64,000 nt of DNA. It comes from Beijerinckiaceae bacterium. Its GTDB lineage: Bacteria; Pseudomonadota; Alphaproteobacteria; Rhizobiales; Beijerinckiaceae. Of this stretch, positions 18,758 through 28,876 are shown in pieces. A program made the position numbers and the translations under genes. Below the pieces are notes generated by a model. That model was not told the origin of the DNA, searched no databases, and was given only the letters and a program-made list of their open reading frames with translations. Positions within the stretch are counted from its first letter, which is position 1; each line of letters opens with the position of its first letter. The stretch lies in NCBI GenBank assembly GCA_019745195.1, contig JAIETL010000056.1, positions 26,238 through 90,237 of the forward strand, given 5' to 3'.

Positions 18758-21016
18758 TCATAGCCGGTCCACGGCCTCGTCTTCAGCGGGCTGTGCAGGG
18801 GGCGATGCTGGAGCAGCCGGTCGCGGCCGGGTTCGATTCCATGGGCGGCCGTCTTGGCCGCTCTCGGCTGCGAGCCTGCGCCAGAGCGGTTGGCCCGGCA
18901 GGATAGCGTTGGCGCGCGTGAGGGCCATCGCGCCGTCGCGGCTCAGCGCCGTGCGGTCGATCAGCATGGCCTTGCAGGGCGCGCTCCACGGGATCGGCGT
19001 GACGACGAGGTCGGCGCGGCGGCAGTCCTCGACCAGCGCCAGCCTGTCACGGGCGAACGACACGCTGCGGCCGTCAGGGGTGACGATGACGCAGCCCTGC
19101 CCGTCGCAGGCCGCGCCCTCGCGCAGGCCCGGATCGGCGGGCTTGCGGCTGTCGCCATCGGCGTTGAGCCATTGCTGCAGCACGAAGGCGCTCGGCCGGC
19201 CGGCGATGGCGAGGCGCCCGTCCTTGCCCCGCACGGCGATCCCGGATCCATCGCGCTCGATCAGGATGTCGGGCCTTTCCGGCTTGGCCGCCACGGCGAC
19301 GCCCGTCGCCAGCGGCAGCACGGCGAGGAGGCGCAGGGTCGTCGTCCAAAGCGTCGCCCAGAGCAGCGCGAGCGCAAAACAGGTCAGCGCCGCCGCCCCG
19401 AAGGCTGGCACCACCAGCGTCGAATGGTCGATGCTCGCGACCCAGTTGGCGAGCCTGAGAACGGCGTCGGCGGCCACTCCCATCAGCTTCCAGGCCGGCC
19501 AGTCCAAGCCGAACGGATAGGCCAGCACGCCGAACACCGCCGCCGGCATGACGAAAAACGAGACGAAGGGCAGCGCCAGCGCATTGCCGAGCAGGCCGAA
19601 CGGGTTGAAGGTCTGGAAGTGATACGCGCCGAAGGGCGCGGTCGCGGCCGTGGCGAGCAGCGTCGTGACGATAATCCCGATGGCGGCGAGCCAGATCGTC
19701 CGCAGCGGCCATGGCAGCAGCGACGGCGGCTGTGTCCGCTCCCTGCCCTCCCAGCGCTCGGCGAACGCCACAAGCGCCGCAACCGCGCCAAAGGACATCT
19801 GGAAGCTCGGGCCGAGCAATGCCTCGGGCTCGCGCAGCAGCACGATGATGGCGGCGAGCGCCAGATTGCGCATGCTCAGCGCCGGCCGGTCGACCAGGAT
19901 CGCGCCGAGCATGACCAGCGTCATGATCAGCGAGCGCACGGTCGCGACCTCCGCGCCGGAGAAGACGCAATAGGCGGTCGCGCCGAGCATGGCCGCGATC
20001 GCCGCGATCTTCTTGACCGGCCAGCGCAGGGCGAGCGTCCTCGACAGCGCCAGCAGCGCCCGCACCAGCCAGAAGATCGTGCCCGCCGCCAGCACCATGT
20101 GCAGACCCGAGATCGAGACGATGTGGTAGATGCCGGCCGCGCGCAGATCGGCATTGGTCGCCTCGGTGATCAGGCCGCGCTTGCCGGTCACCAGCGCCGC
20201 AGCCATCGCACCCGCCTGCCCGCCGCCGATTTCGGCGATCCGCCGCGTCAGCGCATTTCGCGCGCGGTCGATCGTGACCGCGAGAGCCAGACTGGGTGGC
20301 GGCGGGTGCGGCGGCGGCGTCAGCGTGATCTTGCCCGCGACGCTGCCGACCGCGCCGAGCCCGCGAAAGAAGGCGTCGCGGCCGAAATCATAGCCGCCCG
20401 GCCGCGCCGGTCCCGGCGGGGGCAGCAGGCGCGCAACGGCGGAGATGTGGTCGCCGGCCGCGACAGTGCCGCTGCGGACATTGACGCGCACGCGCCTGGG
20501 CTGATTGCCGGCCTCGACGCCCGCGAGGCCGGTGACCAGCAGCACGATCCGCGCGCCGGCGTCCCGCGCCTCGACCGATTCGACGAACCCCGTCACGACG
20601 CCGATTCGCGGCCGGTCCAGCATCGGCGCGGCGATGTCGGCCGTGCGCCAGGTCGCGGCGGCGAAGCCGGCGAAGATCGCAGCCAGCGCGATGCAGGCGA
20701 TGACCGCGAGGCGCTTCCGGCGCAAGGCGAGCGCGCCGCCGGCTGACGCCGCAAAACCGGCGAGAGGCGCCGCCAGCGCCGGCTCCCGGTCGGCGGCGAA
20801 GTAGAGCAGGATGCCGACGCCCATCATCACCGGGAGCCAGAGGAAGAGCCGGCGGCGTTCGGCCTCGGCTTCGAGCGCGGCGTGCAGGGTCTGGCCAGCT
20901 TCCGCGAGCCGGAGCGACAGGCTGACGTCGCGCAATCGCCAACCCTGCGGCCAAGCCAGCACAGCACCCGCTGGCGCGGCGCGCGATCCGGACTGGCCTT
21001 CGGGAGGCTGGCGCAT
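18758..21016 (-). CDS. comEC: ComEC/Rec2 family competence membrane channel protein
   Basis: 752 aa, highly hydrophobic multi-TM core, with the conserved lexA-comEC-gltX synteny of Rhizobiales. The start is uncertain. Confidence 0.8.
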   Translation of the reverse strand: MRQPPEGQSGSRAAPAGAVLAWPQGWRLRDVSLSLRLAEAGQTLHAALEAEAERRRLFLWLPVMMGVGILLYFAADREPALAAPLAGFAASAGGALALRRKRLAVIACIALAAIFAGFAAATWRTADIAAPMLDRPRIGVVTGFVESVEARDAGARIVLLVTGLAGVEAGNQPRRVRVNVRSGTVAAGDHISAVARLLPPPGPARPGGYDFGRDAFFRGLGAVGSVAGKITLTPPPHPPPPSLALAVTIDRARNALTRRIAEIGGGQAGAMAAALVTGKRGLITEATNADLRAAGIYHIVSISGLHMVLAAGTIFWLVRALLALSRTLALRWPVKKIAAIAAMLGATAYCVFSGAEVATVRSLIMTLVMLGAILVDRPALSMRNLALAAIIVLLREPEALLGPSFQMSFGAVAALVAFAERWEGRERTQPPSLLPWPLRTIWLAAIGIIVTTLLATAATAPFGAYHFQTFNPFGLLGNALALPFVSFFVMPAAVFGVLAYPFGLDWPAWKLMGVAADAVLRLANWVASIDHSTLVVPAFGAAALTCFALALLWATLWTTTLRLLAVLPLATGVAVAAKPERPDILIERDGSGIAVRGKDGRLAIAGRPSAFVLQQWLNADGDSRKPADPGLREGAACDGQGCVIVTPDGRSVSFARDRLALVEDCRRADLVVTPIPWSAPCKAMLIDRTALSRDGAMALTRANAILPGQPLWRRLAAESGQDGRPWNRTRPRPAAPASPPAQPAEDEAVDRL

Positions 21017-21191
21017 GCGGGCGTCCGCAGGTTTCCGGCGCTGCAGAGGTTGAGCTTAACCTTGCCGGGCTTGCCATGTTACAGGGGCCGCGCCGGATGT
21101 CATGCGGTCTCCGGCCGAATTCGTTCCCGTCCCCTCGCGGGCGTCATTCCAGCGGGCCGGCAGAAAAAAGCCGGCCGGAGCCTTAGCCTTC

Positions 21192-22610
21192 ATGAGCGAT
21201 GCCGTCGTCACGCGCTTTGCCCCCTCGCCCACCGGGTTCCTGCATATCGGCGGGGCGCGGACGGCGCTGTTCAACTGGCTCTATGCCCGCCGGCATGGCG
21301 GCAAGATGCTGCTGCGGATCGAGGACACCGACCGCGAGCGCTCTACGGAGCCCGCCATCGCCGCGATCCTCGACGGGCTGAGCTGGCTCGGTCTCGATTG
21401 GGACGGAGACACCGTCTACCAGTTCGCCCGCGCCGAGCGGCACCGCGAGGTCGCCCACCAGTTGCTGGCCTCGGGCAACGCCTATCGCTGCTATGCCACG
21501 CCGGCCGAACTCGACGAGATGCGCGAGCAGGCCAAGGCCGCGGGCAAGCCGATGAAATACGACGGACGCTGGCGCGACCGCGACCCGGCGACCGCGCCTG
21601 CCGGCGTCAAGCCGGTCATCCGCCTGCGTGCGCAGCAGACCGGCGAAACCGTGGTCGAGGACGAGGTCCAGGGCCGTGTCGTCTGGCAGAACGAGAACCT
21701 CGACGACCTCGTGCTGCTGCGCTCGGACGGCAACCCGACCTATATGCTCGCCGTCGTGGTCGACGACCACGACATGGGCGTCACCCATGTCATCCGCGGC
21801 GACGACCACCTGACCAACGCCGCCCGCCAGACCCAGATCTATCAGGCGATGGGCTGGCGCGTGCCGAGCATGTCGCATATCCCGCTGATCCATGGCGCGG
21901 ACGGGGCCAAGCTCTCGAAGCGCCATGGCGCGCTCGGCGTCGATGCCTATCGCTCGATGGGCTATCTGCCGGCGGCGCTGCGGAACTATCTGCTGCGGCT
22001 GGGCTGGAGCCATGGCGACCAGGAGATCTTCTCCACCCAGGAGATGATCGCGCTGTTCAACCTCTCCTCGATCGGCCGCTCGGCTGCGCGCTTCGACTAC
22101 GCCAAGCTGGAGAACCTGAACGGGCTCTATATGCGCCAGTCCGACGACCGCGAACTGCTGGCGGCGCTGAAGGTCATCCTGCCGCAGATCGGCCCGGAGC
22201 GCGGGATCGCGGGCGCGATGTCGCCCGAGCTGGAGGCCCGCTTCCTCGCCGCGATGCCCGGCCTGAAGGAGCGCGCCAAGACGCTGATCGAACTGCTCGA
22301 TTCGGCCTATTATCTCTATGCGGCCCGGCCGCTGCAGCTCGACGCCAAGGCGGCCGCGCTGCTGGACGAGGCCGGGCGGCAGCGCCTTCCGGGCCTCTCC
22401 GCAAAGCTCGCCGCGGTCGACGACTGGTCGCTCGGGGCGCTCGAAACGGCGGTGCGCAGTTTTGCCGAGGAGCAGGGGCTGAAGCTCGGACAGGCGGCGC
22501 AGCCCTTGCGCGCGGCCCTGACCGGGCGGGCGATGTCGCCTGGTCTTTTCGACGTGATGGCGGTGCTCGGCCGCGCGGAAACTCTTGCTCGCCTCTCCGA
22601 CCAGAGCTGA
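21192..22610 (+). CDS. gltX: Glutamate--tRNA ligase
   Basis: 472 aa from ATG 21192. [17 protein letters not shown] (HIGH) and KLSKRHG (KMSKS) motifs. Confidence 0.95.
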   Translation: MSDAVVTRFAPSPTGFLHIGGARTALFNWLYARRHGGKMLLRIEDTDRERSTEPAIAAILDGLSWLGLDWDGDTVYQFARAERHREVAHQLLASGNAYRCYATPAELDEMREQAKAAGKPMKYDGRWRDRDPATAPAGVKPVIRLRAQQTGETVVEDEVQGRVVWQNENLDDLVLLRSDGNPTYMLAVVVDDHDMGVTHVIRGDDHLTNAARQTQIYQAMGWRVPSMSHIPLIHGADGAKLSKRHGALGVDAYRSMGYLPAALRNYLLRLGWSHGDQEIFSTQEMIALFNLSSIGRSAARFDYAKLENLNGLYMRQSDDRELLAALKVILPQIGPERGIAGAMSPELEARFLAAMPGLKERAKTLIELLDSAYYLYAARPLQLDAKAAALLDEAGRQRLPGLSAKLAAVDDWSLGALETAVRSFAEEQGLKLGQAAQPLRAALTGRAMSPGLFDVMAVLGRAETLARLSDQS

Positions 22611-22894
22611 GCAATCGGCGACGCGATCGCCTTTCGGCTCGGTTGAAGCGCTACCGCAAATGGTCTAGTGACGCGTCATGTGAATCCTCCCGCCAGTCGG
22701 CGTGAGGGGCACGAATATTGCTTGAATATCAGTCGGATGCTCCTGTCCTCCCGTCCGTATGCGCATTTGCCGTTCCGTCACCGGGCCGTCACCTCAGGGC
22801 CCTCGAATGATGGTTATGTCTCCTGCGCGGCCGTTCGGTCCCGGGCCGCCAGGAACGGCGATTGACTACAGCGAGCCTGAAAGGATCGGCATCG

Positions 22895-24184
22895 ATGAGC
22901 GGAAACAACGGACAGCTCCAGGTCGGCGACAAGACCGTCGATATGGCGATCAAGAAGGGCTCGATCGGCCCTTCCGTCATCGACATCGCCAAGCTCTACT
23001 CGCAGACGGGCATGTTCACCTATGATCCGGGCTTCACCTCCACGGCGAGCTGCGAGTCGCAGATCACCTATATCGACGGCGACGAGGGCGTGCTGCTGTA
23101 TCGCGGCTACCCGATCGAGCAGCTCGCCGAGCATGGCGACTTCCTCGAGACCTGCTACCTGCTGCTGGAAGGCGACCTGCCGACCGCTGCCCAGAAGGCC
23201 GATTTCGACTATCGCGTGACGCGCCACACCATGGTCCACGAGCAGATGGCCCGGTTCTTCCAGGGTTTCCGCCGCGACGCGCATCCGATGGCTGTCATGG
23301 TCGGCTCGATCGGCGCGATGTCGGCCTTCTACCACGACTCGACCGACATCTCCGACCCGCATCAGCGCATGGTCGCCTCGATGCGGATGATCGCGAAGAT
23401 GCCGACGCTGGCGGCGATGGCCTACAAGTACACGATCGGCCAGCCCTTCATCTATCCGCAGAACTCGCTCGACTACACCTCGAACTTCCTGCGGATGTGC
23501 TTTGCGGTGCCGGCCGAGGACTACAAGGTCAATCCGGTGCTGTCGCGCGCGCTCGACCGCATCTTCATCCTGCATGCCGACCACGAGCAGAACGCCTCGA
23601 CCTCGACGGTCCGGCTCGCTGGCTCGTCGGGCGCAAACCCCTTCGCCTGCATCGCGGCCGGCACGGCCTGCCTGTGGGGGCCCGCCCATGGCGGCGCCAA
23701 CGAGGCGGCCCTGCAGATGCTGCAGGAGATCGGCTCGGTCGAGAACATCCCGAAATTCATCGCCAAGGCGAAGGACAAGAACGACCCCTTCCGCCTGATG
23801 GGTTTTGGCCACCGCGTCTACAAGAACTACGATCCGCGCGCCAAGATCATGCAGAAGACGACGCATGAAGTGCTGGCCGAGCTCGGCATCAAGGACGACC
23901 CGCTGCTCGACGTGGCGATGGAGCTGGAGCGGATCGCGCTCAGCGACAGCTACTTCATCGAGAAGAAGCTCTATCCCAACATCGATTTCTATTCGGGCAT
24001 CACGCTGAAGGCGATGGGCTTCCCGACCTCGATGTTCACGGCCCTCTTCGCGCTCGCCCGCACGGTCGGCTGGATCGCGCAGTGGAAGGAGATGATCGAG
24101 GATCCGTCCCAGCGCATCGGCCGGCCGCGCCAGCTCTATACCGGCGCTCCGCAGCGGGACTACACCCCGATAGGCCGTCGCTGA
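22895..24184 (+). CDS. gltA: Citrate synthase (type II)
   Basis: 429 aa from ATG 22895 inside ORF 22862..24184. [14 protein letters not shown] and [12 protein letters not shown] motifs. Confidence 0.95.
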   Translation: MSGNNGQLQVGDKTVDMAIKKGSIGPSVIDIAKLYSQTGMFTYDPGFTSTASCESQITYIDGDEGVLLYRGYPIEQLAEHGDFLETCYLLLEGDLPTAAQKADFDYRVTRHTMVHEQMARFFQGFRRDAHPMAVMVGSIGAMSAFYHDSTDISDPHQRMVASMRMIAKMPTLAAMAYKYTIGQPFIYPQNSLDYTSNFLRMCFAVPAEDYKVNPVLSRALDRIFILHADHEQNASTSTVRLAGSSGANPFACIAAGTACLWGPAHGGANEAALQMLQEIGSVENIPKFIAKAKDKNDPFRLMGFGHRVYKNYDPRAKIMQKTTHEVLAELGIKDDPLLDVAMELERIALSDSYFIEKKLYPNIDFYSGITLKAMGFPTSMFTALFALARTVGWIAQWKEMIEDPSQRIGRPRQLYTGAPQRDYTPIGRR

Positions 24185-24215
24185 TGCGAGCGGCAGGCCG
24201 CCTTCACGCATGACA

Positions 24216-24250
24216 GGGCCGCGGCATCTGCGCCGCGGCCTTTTCGTTTT
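24216..24250 (+). terminator. Intrinsic terminator of gltA
   Basis: GGCCGCGGC-ATCT-GCCGCGGCC followed by TTTTCGTTTT. It abuts the lpxB stop codon. Confidence 0.75.
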
Positions 24251-25428
24251 CAAGACTCGTCCGGGCGGTCCCGTAGAACGGCGAGCGCCTCGGCGACGGC
24301 TTTCGCGGCCGGACTCGGGCCGGCCGCCGCCATGATCGTCTCGACCTCGGCGAAGCCGGCGAGCTGGCTCTCGCGAGCGGCGCCGTCGGCGAGCGCGGCC
24401 ACGAGATGGCTGGCGAGCGCATCGGCGGTCGCGGTGTCCTGTATGAACTCCGGCACGACGCTGCGGCCGAGAATGAGGTTCGGCAGGATGACGCTGGGCA
24501 GCTTGATCAGACGCCTTGCAAGCGCGGCCTCCCAGCTCGCGCCGCGATAGGCGGCGACGGTCGGCACTTGCGCCAGCGCAAGCTCTAAAGTGACGGTGCC
24601 CGATGCCGCCAATGCGCCGCGCGCCGAGCGGAAGGCGGCGAGCTTGGCCGCCTCGCCCATGACGATCTCCGGCCTGACCGGCCATTGCGCCGTCATGTCG
24701 CCGATCAGCGCCGCCAGATGCGGCACCGCCGGCAGAACGAAGCGTGCGCCCGGCAAAGCGGACGCCACGCGGGCGATCGCATCGCCAAAGACCGGCAACA
24801 GATGGTTGATCTCGGAGCGCCGGCTGCCGGGCAGCAACAGGACCAGCGGGTTGTCCGCGTCAGCCCGCCGGGCGGCCTCGATCGCGTTGGGCCGCATGTC
24901 CCCGAGCCGTTCCATCAGCGGATGGCCGACATAGACCGTCTCAGGGCCGTGCAGCCCCGCCAGCGCCGCAGGCTCGAAGGGCAGCAGCGCCAGAATGCGG
25001 TCGACATGCGGGGCCATCCGCTTCGCCCGGCCCGAGCGCCAGGCCCAGACGCTGGGACAGACCCAATGCACGATCGGGATGGACGGAGCGCTCCGGCGCA
25101 GCTTCTTCGCGACGCGCAGCGAGAAATCGGGCGCGTCGATGGTGAGCAGGAGATCGGGCGCAAAGGCCGCGACGCCACGGGCCGCATCCTCCATCCGACG
25201 CAGCAGCAGCGGCAGGCGGGCGATGACCGGGCCGAAGCCCATGACGGCGATATCGGCCTGCGGAAACAACGGAGACAGGCCGGCGTCGATGAGGCCCTGC
25301 CCTCCGACACCCGCCATCACCAGTTCGCGCTCGCCGAGTTGCTCGCGCAGTGCCGCGACGAAACGGATGGCCAGCGCATCGCCCGAGGCCTCGCCCGCGA
25401 CGATCGCCAGCCGGAACGGGCGCGTCAC
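24250..25428 (-). CDS. lpxB: Lipid-A-disaccharide synthase
   Basis: 392 aa. N-terminal IVAGEASGD motif and the lpx cluster context. Confidence 0.92.
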   Translation of the reverse strand: MTRPFRLAIVAGEASGDALAIRFVAALREQLGERELVMAGVGGQGLIDAGLSPLFPQADIAVMGFGPVIARLPLLLRRMEDAARGVAAFAPDLLLTIDAPDFSLRVAKKLRRSAPSIPIVHWVCPSVWAWRSGRAKRMAPHVDRILALLPFEPAALAGLHGPETVYVGHPLMERLGDMRPNAIEAARRADADNPLVLLLPGSRRSEINHLLPVFGDAIARVASALPGARFVLPAVPHLAALIGDMTAQWPVRPEIVMGEAAKLAAFRSARGALAASGTVTLELALAQVPTVAAYRGASWEAALARRLIKLPSVILPNLILGRSVVPEFIQDTATADALASHLVAALADGAARESQLAGFAEVETIMAAAGPSPAAKAVAEALAVLRDRPDES

Positions 25429-26288
25429 GGCACGCCCTCGATGAAGATGTTCTGGCGATCGGCGAGCGCGGCCAGTGCAGCCCCGTCGCCGACCAGAACC
25501 TGCCCGGCGCGCAGGCCGATGCCGGACAGGCCGGCGTCCTCAATGCGCTCAAGCGTGCGCGGGCCGATGGCCGGCATATCCACCCGCAGATCCTGGCCCA
25601 GCTTTGGCGCTTTGACCAGAACGCCGTCGCCCTTGGCGATCTTCAGCCGGCCCGAGGACACCATGCCTGCGACACGCGCGATCATCGCGTCGGTGCCTTC
25701 GGCCGCCTCGATCGCGATGATGCGATGGTCGGCGAGGATCGCGGCCTGTCCGACATCGAAGGGCGACAGGGCCGACAGCAGCGAAAAACCGCGCTGGATC
25801 AGTGCTTTCTGCTCTGTCGTTGCAGTGCGTCGACCAAGTGCGCCGGCTTGCGCCGTGAGTTCCGGTGCGATCGCGGCCGGGCCATGAACGCGAAAGCCCT
25901 GCGCCTCGAAGAAATCGACGACGCCGCGCAGCAGGTGGTCGTCGCCGCCTTTGAAGGCCCGGGCGAAATGCGGCAGGTATTTCAGCGTCGAGGCTTCCGG
26001 GCGTAGACCCGAAAAACTCGGCCGCGGCAGCGAGCCGAGCAGAACGAGATCGCTGATCTCGCGCCGGCGCAGCACCTCGAGCAGGCGGCCGAGCTGGCCG
26101 AGCCGGAACATCTGGATATCGGACGGCGCGAAGGCGTCAGGATCGGCCGCGCCCTCAAGTCCGGCGACAAAGACGGCATGGCCACGACCAGTTGCCAGCC
26201 GCGCCAGCAATGGCGGGTAATCGCCGCCGCCCGCGATGATGGCGAGCGGCCCGCCCAGCGGCGGCGCATCTGCCGGTTCGGCGCTCAC
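25425..26288 (-). CDS. lpxI: UDP-2,3-diacylglucosamine pyrophosphatase LpxI (DUF1009)
   Basis: 287 aa with LAIIAGGGDYP, GDDHLLR, DVGQA, EAAEGTDAMI motifs. It sits between lpxA and lpxB, as in alphaproteobacteria. Confidence 0.8.
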   Translation of the reverse strand: MSAEPADAPPLGGPLAIIAGGGDYPPLLARLATGRGHAVFVAGLEGAADPDAFAPSDIQMFRLGQLGRLLEVLRRREISDLVLLGSLPRPSFSGLRPEASTLKYLPHFARAFKGGDDHLLRGVVDFFEAQGFRVHGPAAIAPELTAQAGALGRRTATTEQKALIQRGFSLLSALSPFDVGQAAILADHRIIAIEAAEGTDAMIARVAGMVSSGRLKIAKGDGVLVKAPKLGQDLRVDMPAIGPRTLERIEDAGLSGIGLRAGQVLVGDGAALAALADRQNIFIEGVP

Positions 26289-27094
26289 CGGTCGGCGGTG
26301 TTGACGTCATGGGGCACGCAGATCGCGCGCTCGCCGCCATTGCGGATGAAGTCGAGAATCTCGTGGATCAGCGGGTGCGAGGCGAACTCGCTCGCGACAT
26401 CCTCGACGCGCTCCGACAAGGTGCCCTCGTCGGCGAAGAGCAGCCGGTAGGCGCGGCGCAGTTCGTGGATCTGCTCGCGCGTGAAGCCGCGCCGGCGCAG
26501 GCCGACGAGATTCAAGCCCGCGAGATGGGCCGGGTTGTCGCGCACCATGCCGAAGGGAATGACGTCGTGCATCACGCCCGCGCCCCCGCCGATGAAGGCG
26601 TGGTCGCCGACGCGGATGAACTGGTGCAGGCCGGTTCCGCCGCCGACGATGACGAAATTGCCGACCCTGACATGACCGGCGCACATGACGTTGTTGGAGA
26701 AGATCACGCTGTCGCCGATCTGCGTGTCATGGGCGACATGCGAATTGGCCAGGAAGAAGCATTTGTCGCCGACGACGGTCTTCATCCCGCCGCCCTCGGT
26801 ACCGGGATTCATCGTCACCCCCTCGCGGATCATGCAGTCGGCGCCGATCGTCAGCGTCGAGGGCTCGCCATGGTATTTCAGATCCTGCGGCGGATGGCCG
26901 ATGGAGGCGAAGGGATAAATTCTCGTGCGCGCGCCGATCGTGGTGTAGCCGGCGACGGCGACATGGCTGACGAGTTCGACGCCATCGCCCAGTTCGACTT
27001 CGGGGCCGACCGTGCAGAAAGGGCCGACGACGACGCCCGCGCCGAGGCGCGCGCGAGGATCGACGACCGACATCGGATGGATGGTGGCGCTCAT
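26285..27094 (-). CDS. lpxA: Acyl-ACP--UDP-N-acetylglucosamine O-acyltransferase
   Basis: 269 aa from ATG 27094 inside ORF 26285..27175, with hexapeptide repeats and the MSATIHPMSVVDP N-terminus. Confidence 0.93.
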   Translation of the reverse strand: MSATIHPMSVVDPRARLGAGVVVGPFCTVGPEVELGDGVELVSHVAVAGYTTIGARTRIYPFASIGHPPQDLKYHGEPSTLTIGADCMIREGVTMNPGTEGGGMKTVVGDKCFFLANSHVAHDTQIGDSVIFSNNVMCAGHVRVGNFVIVGGGTGLHQFIRVGDHAFIGGGAGVMHDVIPFGMVRDNPAHLAGLNLVGLRRRGFTREQIHELRRAYRLLFADEGTLSERVEDVASEFASHPLIHEILDFIRNGGERAICVPHDVNTADR

Positions 27095-27128
27095 GCGGAG
27101 GCTGTCCTGATTTTGGTTTCTTGGCGGC

Positions 27129-27587
27129 TCAGACGACCATGGCGGAGAGGTCCGCCTCGGCCACCAGCGCACCATCGACCCGCGCCTCGCCCCGGTAGAA
27201 CCAGAGATTGCGCTTGCGCGTGATCTTGGTCAGGTGGAAGCGCAACTGGTCGCCCGGAACGACGGGTTTGCGGAACTTCGCCTTGTCGATCGTGGTGAAC
27301 AGCACGCTGGTGACGCCAGGATCGGCGCTGCCGCGCGCGTTGACGACCAGAACGCCCGCCGTCTGCGCCATGGCCTCGATCATCAGTACGCCGGGGAAGA
27401 CAGGCCGGCCTGGAAAATGGCCGGTGAATTGCGGCTCGTTGATCGTGACGTTCTTGATGCCGACGCCGGATTCGTCGCCGACGATCTCGACCACGCGATC
27501 GACCAGCAGGAACGGGTAGCGATGCGGAATACAGGCCATGATCTTCTGGATATCGACCACGCCCAGCGTCGTCTGCGGATCGTTCAT
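27129..27587 (-). CDS. fabZ: 3-hydroxyacyl-ACP dehydratase FabZ
   Basis: 152 aa from ATG 27587 with IPHRYPFLLVD and FTGHFPGRPVFPGVLMIEAMAQ motifs. The upstream in-frame extension to 27770 looks non-coding. Confidence 0.9.
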   Translation of the reverse strand: MNDPQTTLGVVDIQKIMACIPHRYPFLLVDRVVEIVGDESGVGIKNVTINEPQFTGHFPGRPVFPGVLMIEAMAQTAGVLVVNARGSADPGVTSVLFTTIDKAKFRKPVVPGDQLRFHLTKITRKRNLWFYRGEARVDGALVAEADLSAMVV

Positions 27588-27770
27588 CGGCTCTCCATCT
27601 CCCAAACGGGCGGCAAACTGGCCCATCCACTCACCGCCGCGCTCCACGGTCGCGATCTCCGTCATCCGGCGGCATGTTGTCTTTGCCGATGTGCCGGAAA
27701 CAGCACCCGGCCGGCAAGACAAATCGACATGAGGGGGCCCGCCCGGTCGCGCACGCCGCCCGGCGGACAT

Positions 27771-28835
27771 TCAGCCTTCGGAGCGGTCCGTCGTCTTGCC
27801 GCGCCTGGCCACGAGCGATTTGAGCAAGGCGGCCTCGCGCGCCCAGCTCAGCGCCGGCTGCGCCGGATAGCCGCCATATTTCGCGCCGCGCGGAATATCG
27901 CCCGCGACGCCGCTCTGGGCGGCGACCTGCGCGCCCATGCCGACGGTGAGATGGCCGGCAAGGCCGACCTGGCCGCCGAGCACGACGAAATCCTCCAGCG
28001 TGGTCGAGCCGGCGATGCCGACCTGCGAGACGATGACGCAATGCCGCCCGATCACGACATTATGGCCGATCTGGACCAGATTATCGATCTTGGTGCCTTC
28101 GCCGATGACGGTGTCGCGGCTGGCGCCGCGGTCGATGCAGGTGTTGGCGCCGATCTCGACATCGTCCTGGATGATGACCCGGCCGATCTGCGGCACCTTC
28201 ATGTGCCCTTTCGGGCTCATGGCGAAGCCGAAGCCATCCTGCCCGATCCTGACGCCGGGATGGATGATGACGCGGTTGCCGATCAACGTGGATTGCAGCG
28301 TGGCACCGGCTCCGATGGCGCAGTCGCGCCCGATCCGGACCTGCGGCCCGATCACGGCATGAGACTGGATGACGGTTCCTGTGCCGATCTCCGCGCCGGG
28401 GCCGATCACAGCGCCGGGATCGACGCTGACGCCGGCCTCCAGAACCGCCGACGCATGGACGAAGGCGCCGGGCGCGACTCCTCCCTGAGATCCGAACACG
28501 GAGCCCGGCCGCAAAGCCTGCGGGAACAGCCGGGCCAGCACTTTAGCGAAGATGTGATAGGGCACCGGCGTGACCAGCGCGACCGTTCCGCTGGGTACGC
28601 GGGCCGAGAAGCGCGGCGAGACCAGACACAGCCCGGCCCGCGTCGCAGCGAGCGCATCGGTGTATTTGGCGTTGTCCATATAGGCGAGATCGTCGGGTCC
28701 CGCCGTATCAAGTGGCGCTACGCCAGCGATGCGGCGCGCGGGATCGACGCCGTCAGGCAGCGCTACGCCGGACATGGCCGAAACCGCGCCGAAATCGAGC
28801 GCTGTCGCGGCCGGAAAGAAATTTGGCTCTGCCAT
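27771..28835 (-). CDS. lpxD: UDP-3-O-(3-hydroxymyristoyl)glucosamine N-acyltransferase
   Basis: 354 aa with left-handed beta-helix hexapeptide repeats and the cluster context. Confidence 0.93.
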   Translation of the reverse strand: MAEPNFFPAATALDFGAVSAMSGVALPDGVDPARRIAGVAPLDTAGPDDLAYMDNAKYTDALAATRAGLCLVSPRFSARVPSGTVALVTPVPYHIFAKVLARLFPQALRPGSVFGSQGGVAPGAFVHASAVLEAGVSVDPGAVIGPGAEIGTGTVIQSHAVIGPQVRIGRDCAIGAGATLQSTLIGNRVIIHPGVRIGQDGFGFAMSPKGHMKVPQIGRVIIQDDVEIGANTCIDRGASRDTVIGEGTKIDNLVQIGHNVVIGRHCVIVSQVGIAGSTTLEDFVVLGGQVGLAGHLTVGMGAQVAAQSGVAGDIPRGAKYGGYPAQPALSWAREAALLKSLVARRGKTTDRSEG

Positions 28836-28876
28836 CAGGAGAGGTCCGGGGCGGGACGCGAGAGCGCCCCGCCGCG

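Noticed and set aside
27588-27770. N-terminal extension of fabZ up to the lpxD stop
   Set aside because: The extra 61 residues (MSAGRRARPGGPPHVDLS...) are low-complexity and unlike FabZ N-termini. ATG 27587 gives the normal ~19 residues before IPHRYPFLLVD. An intermediate start (M36 or M49) cannot be excluded.
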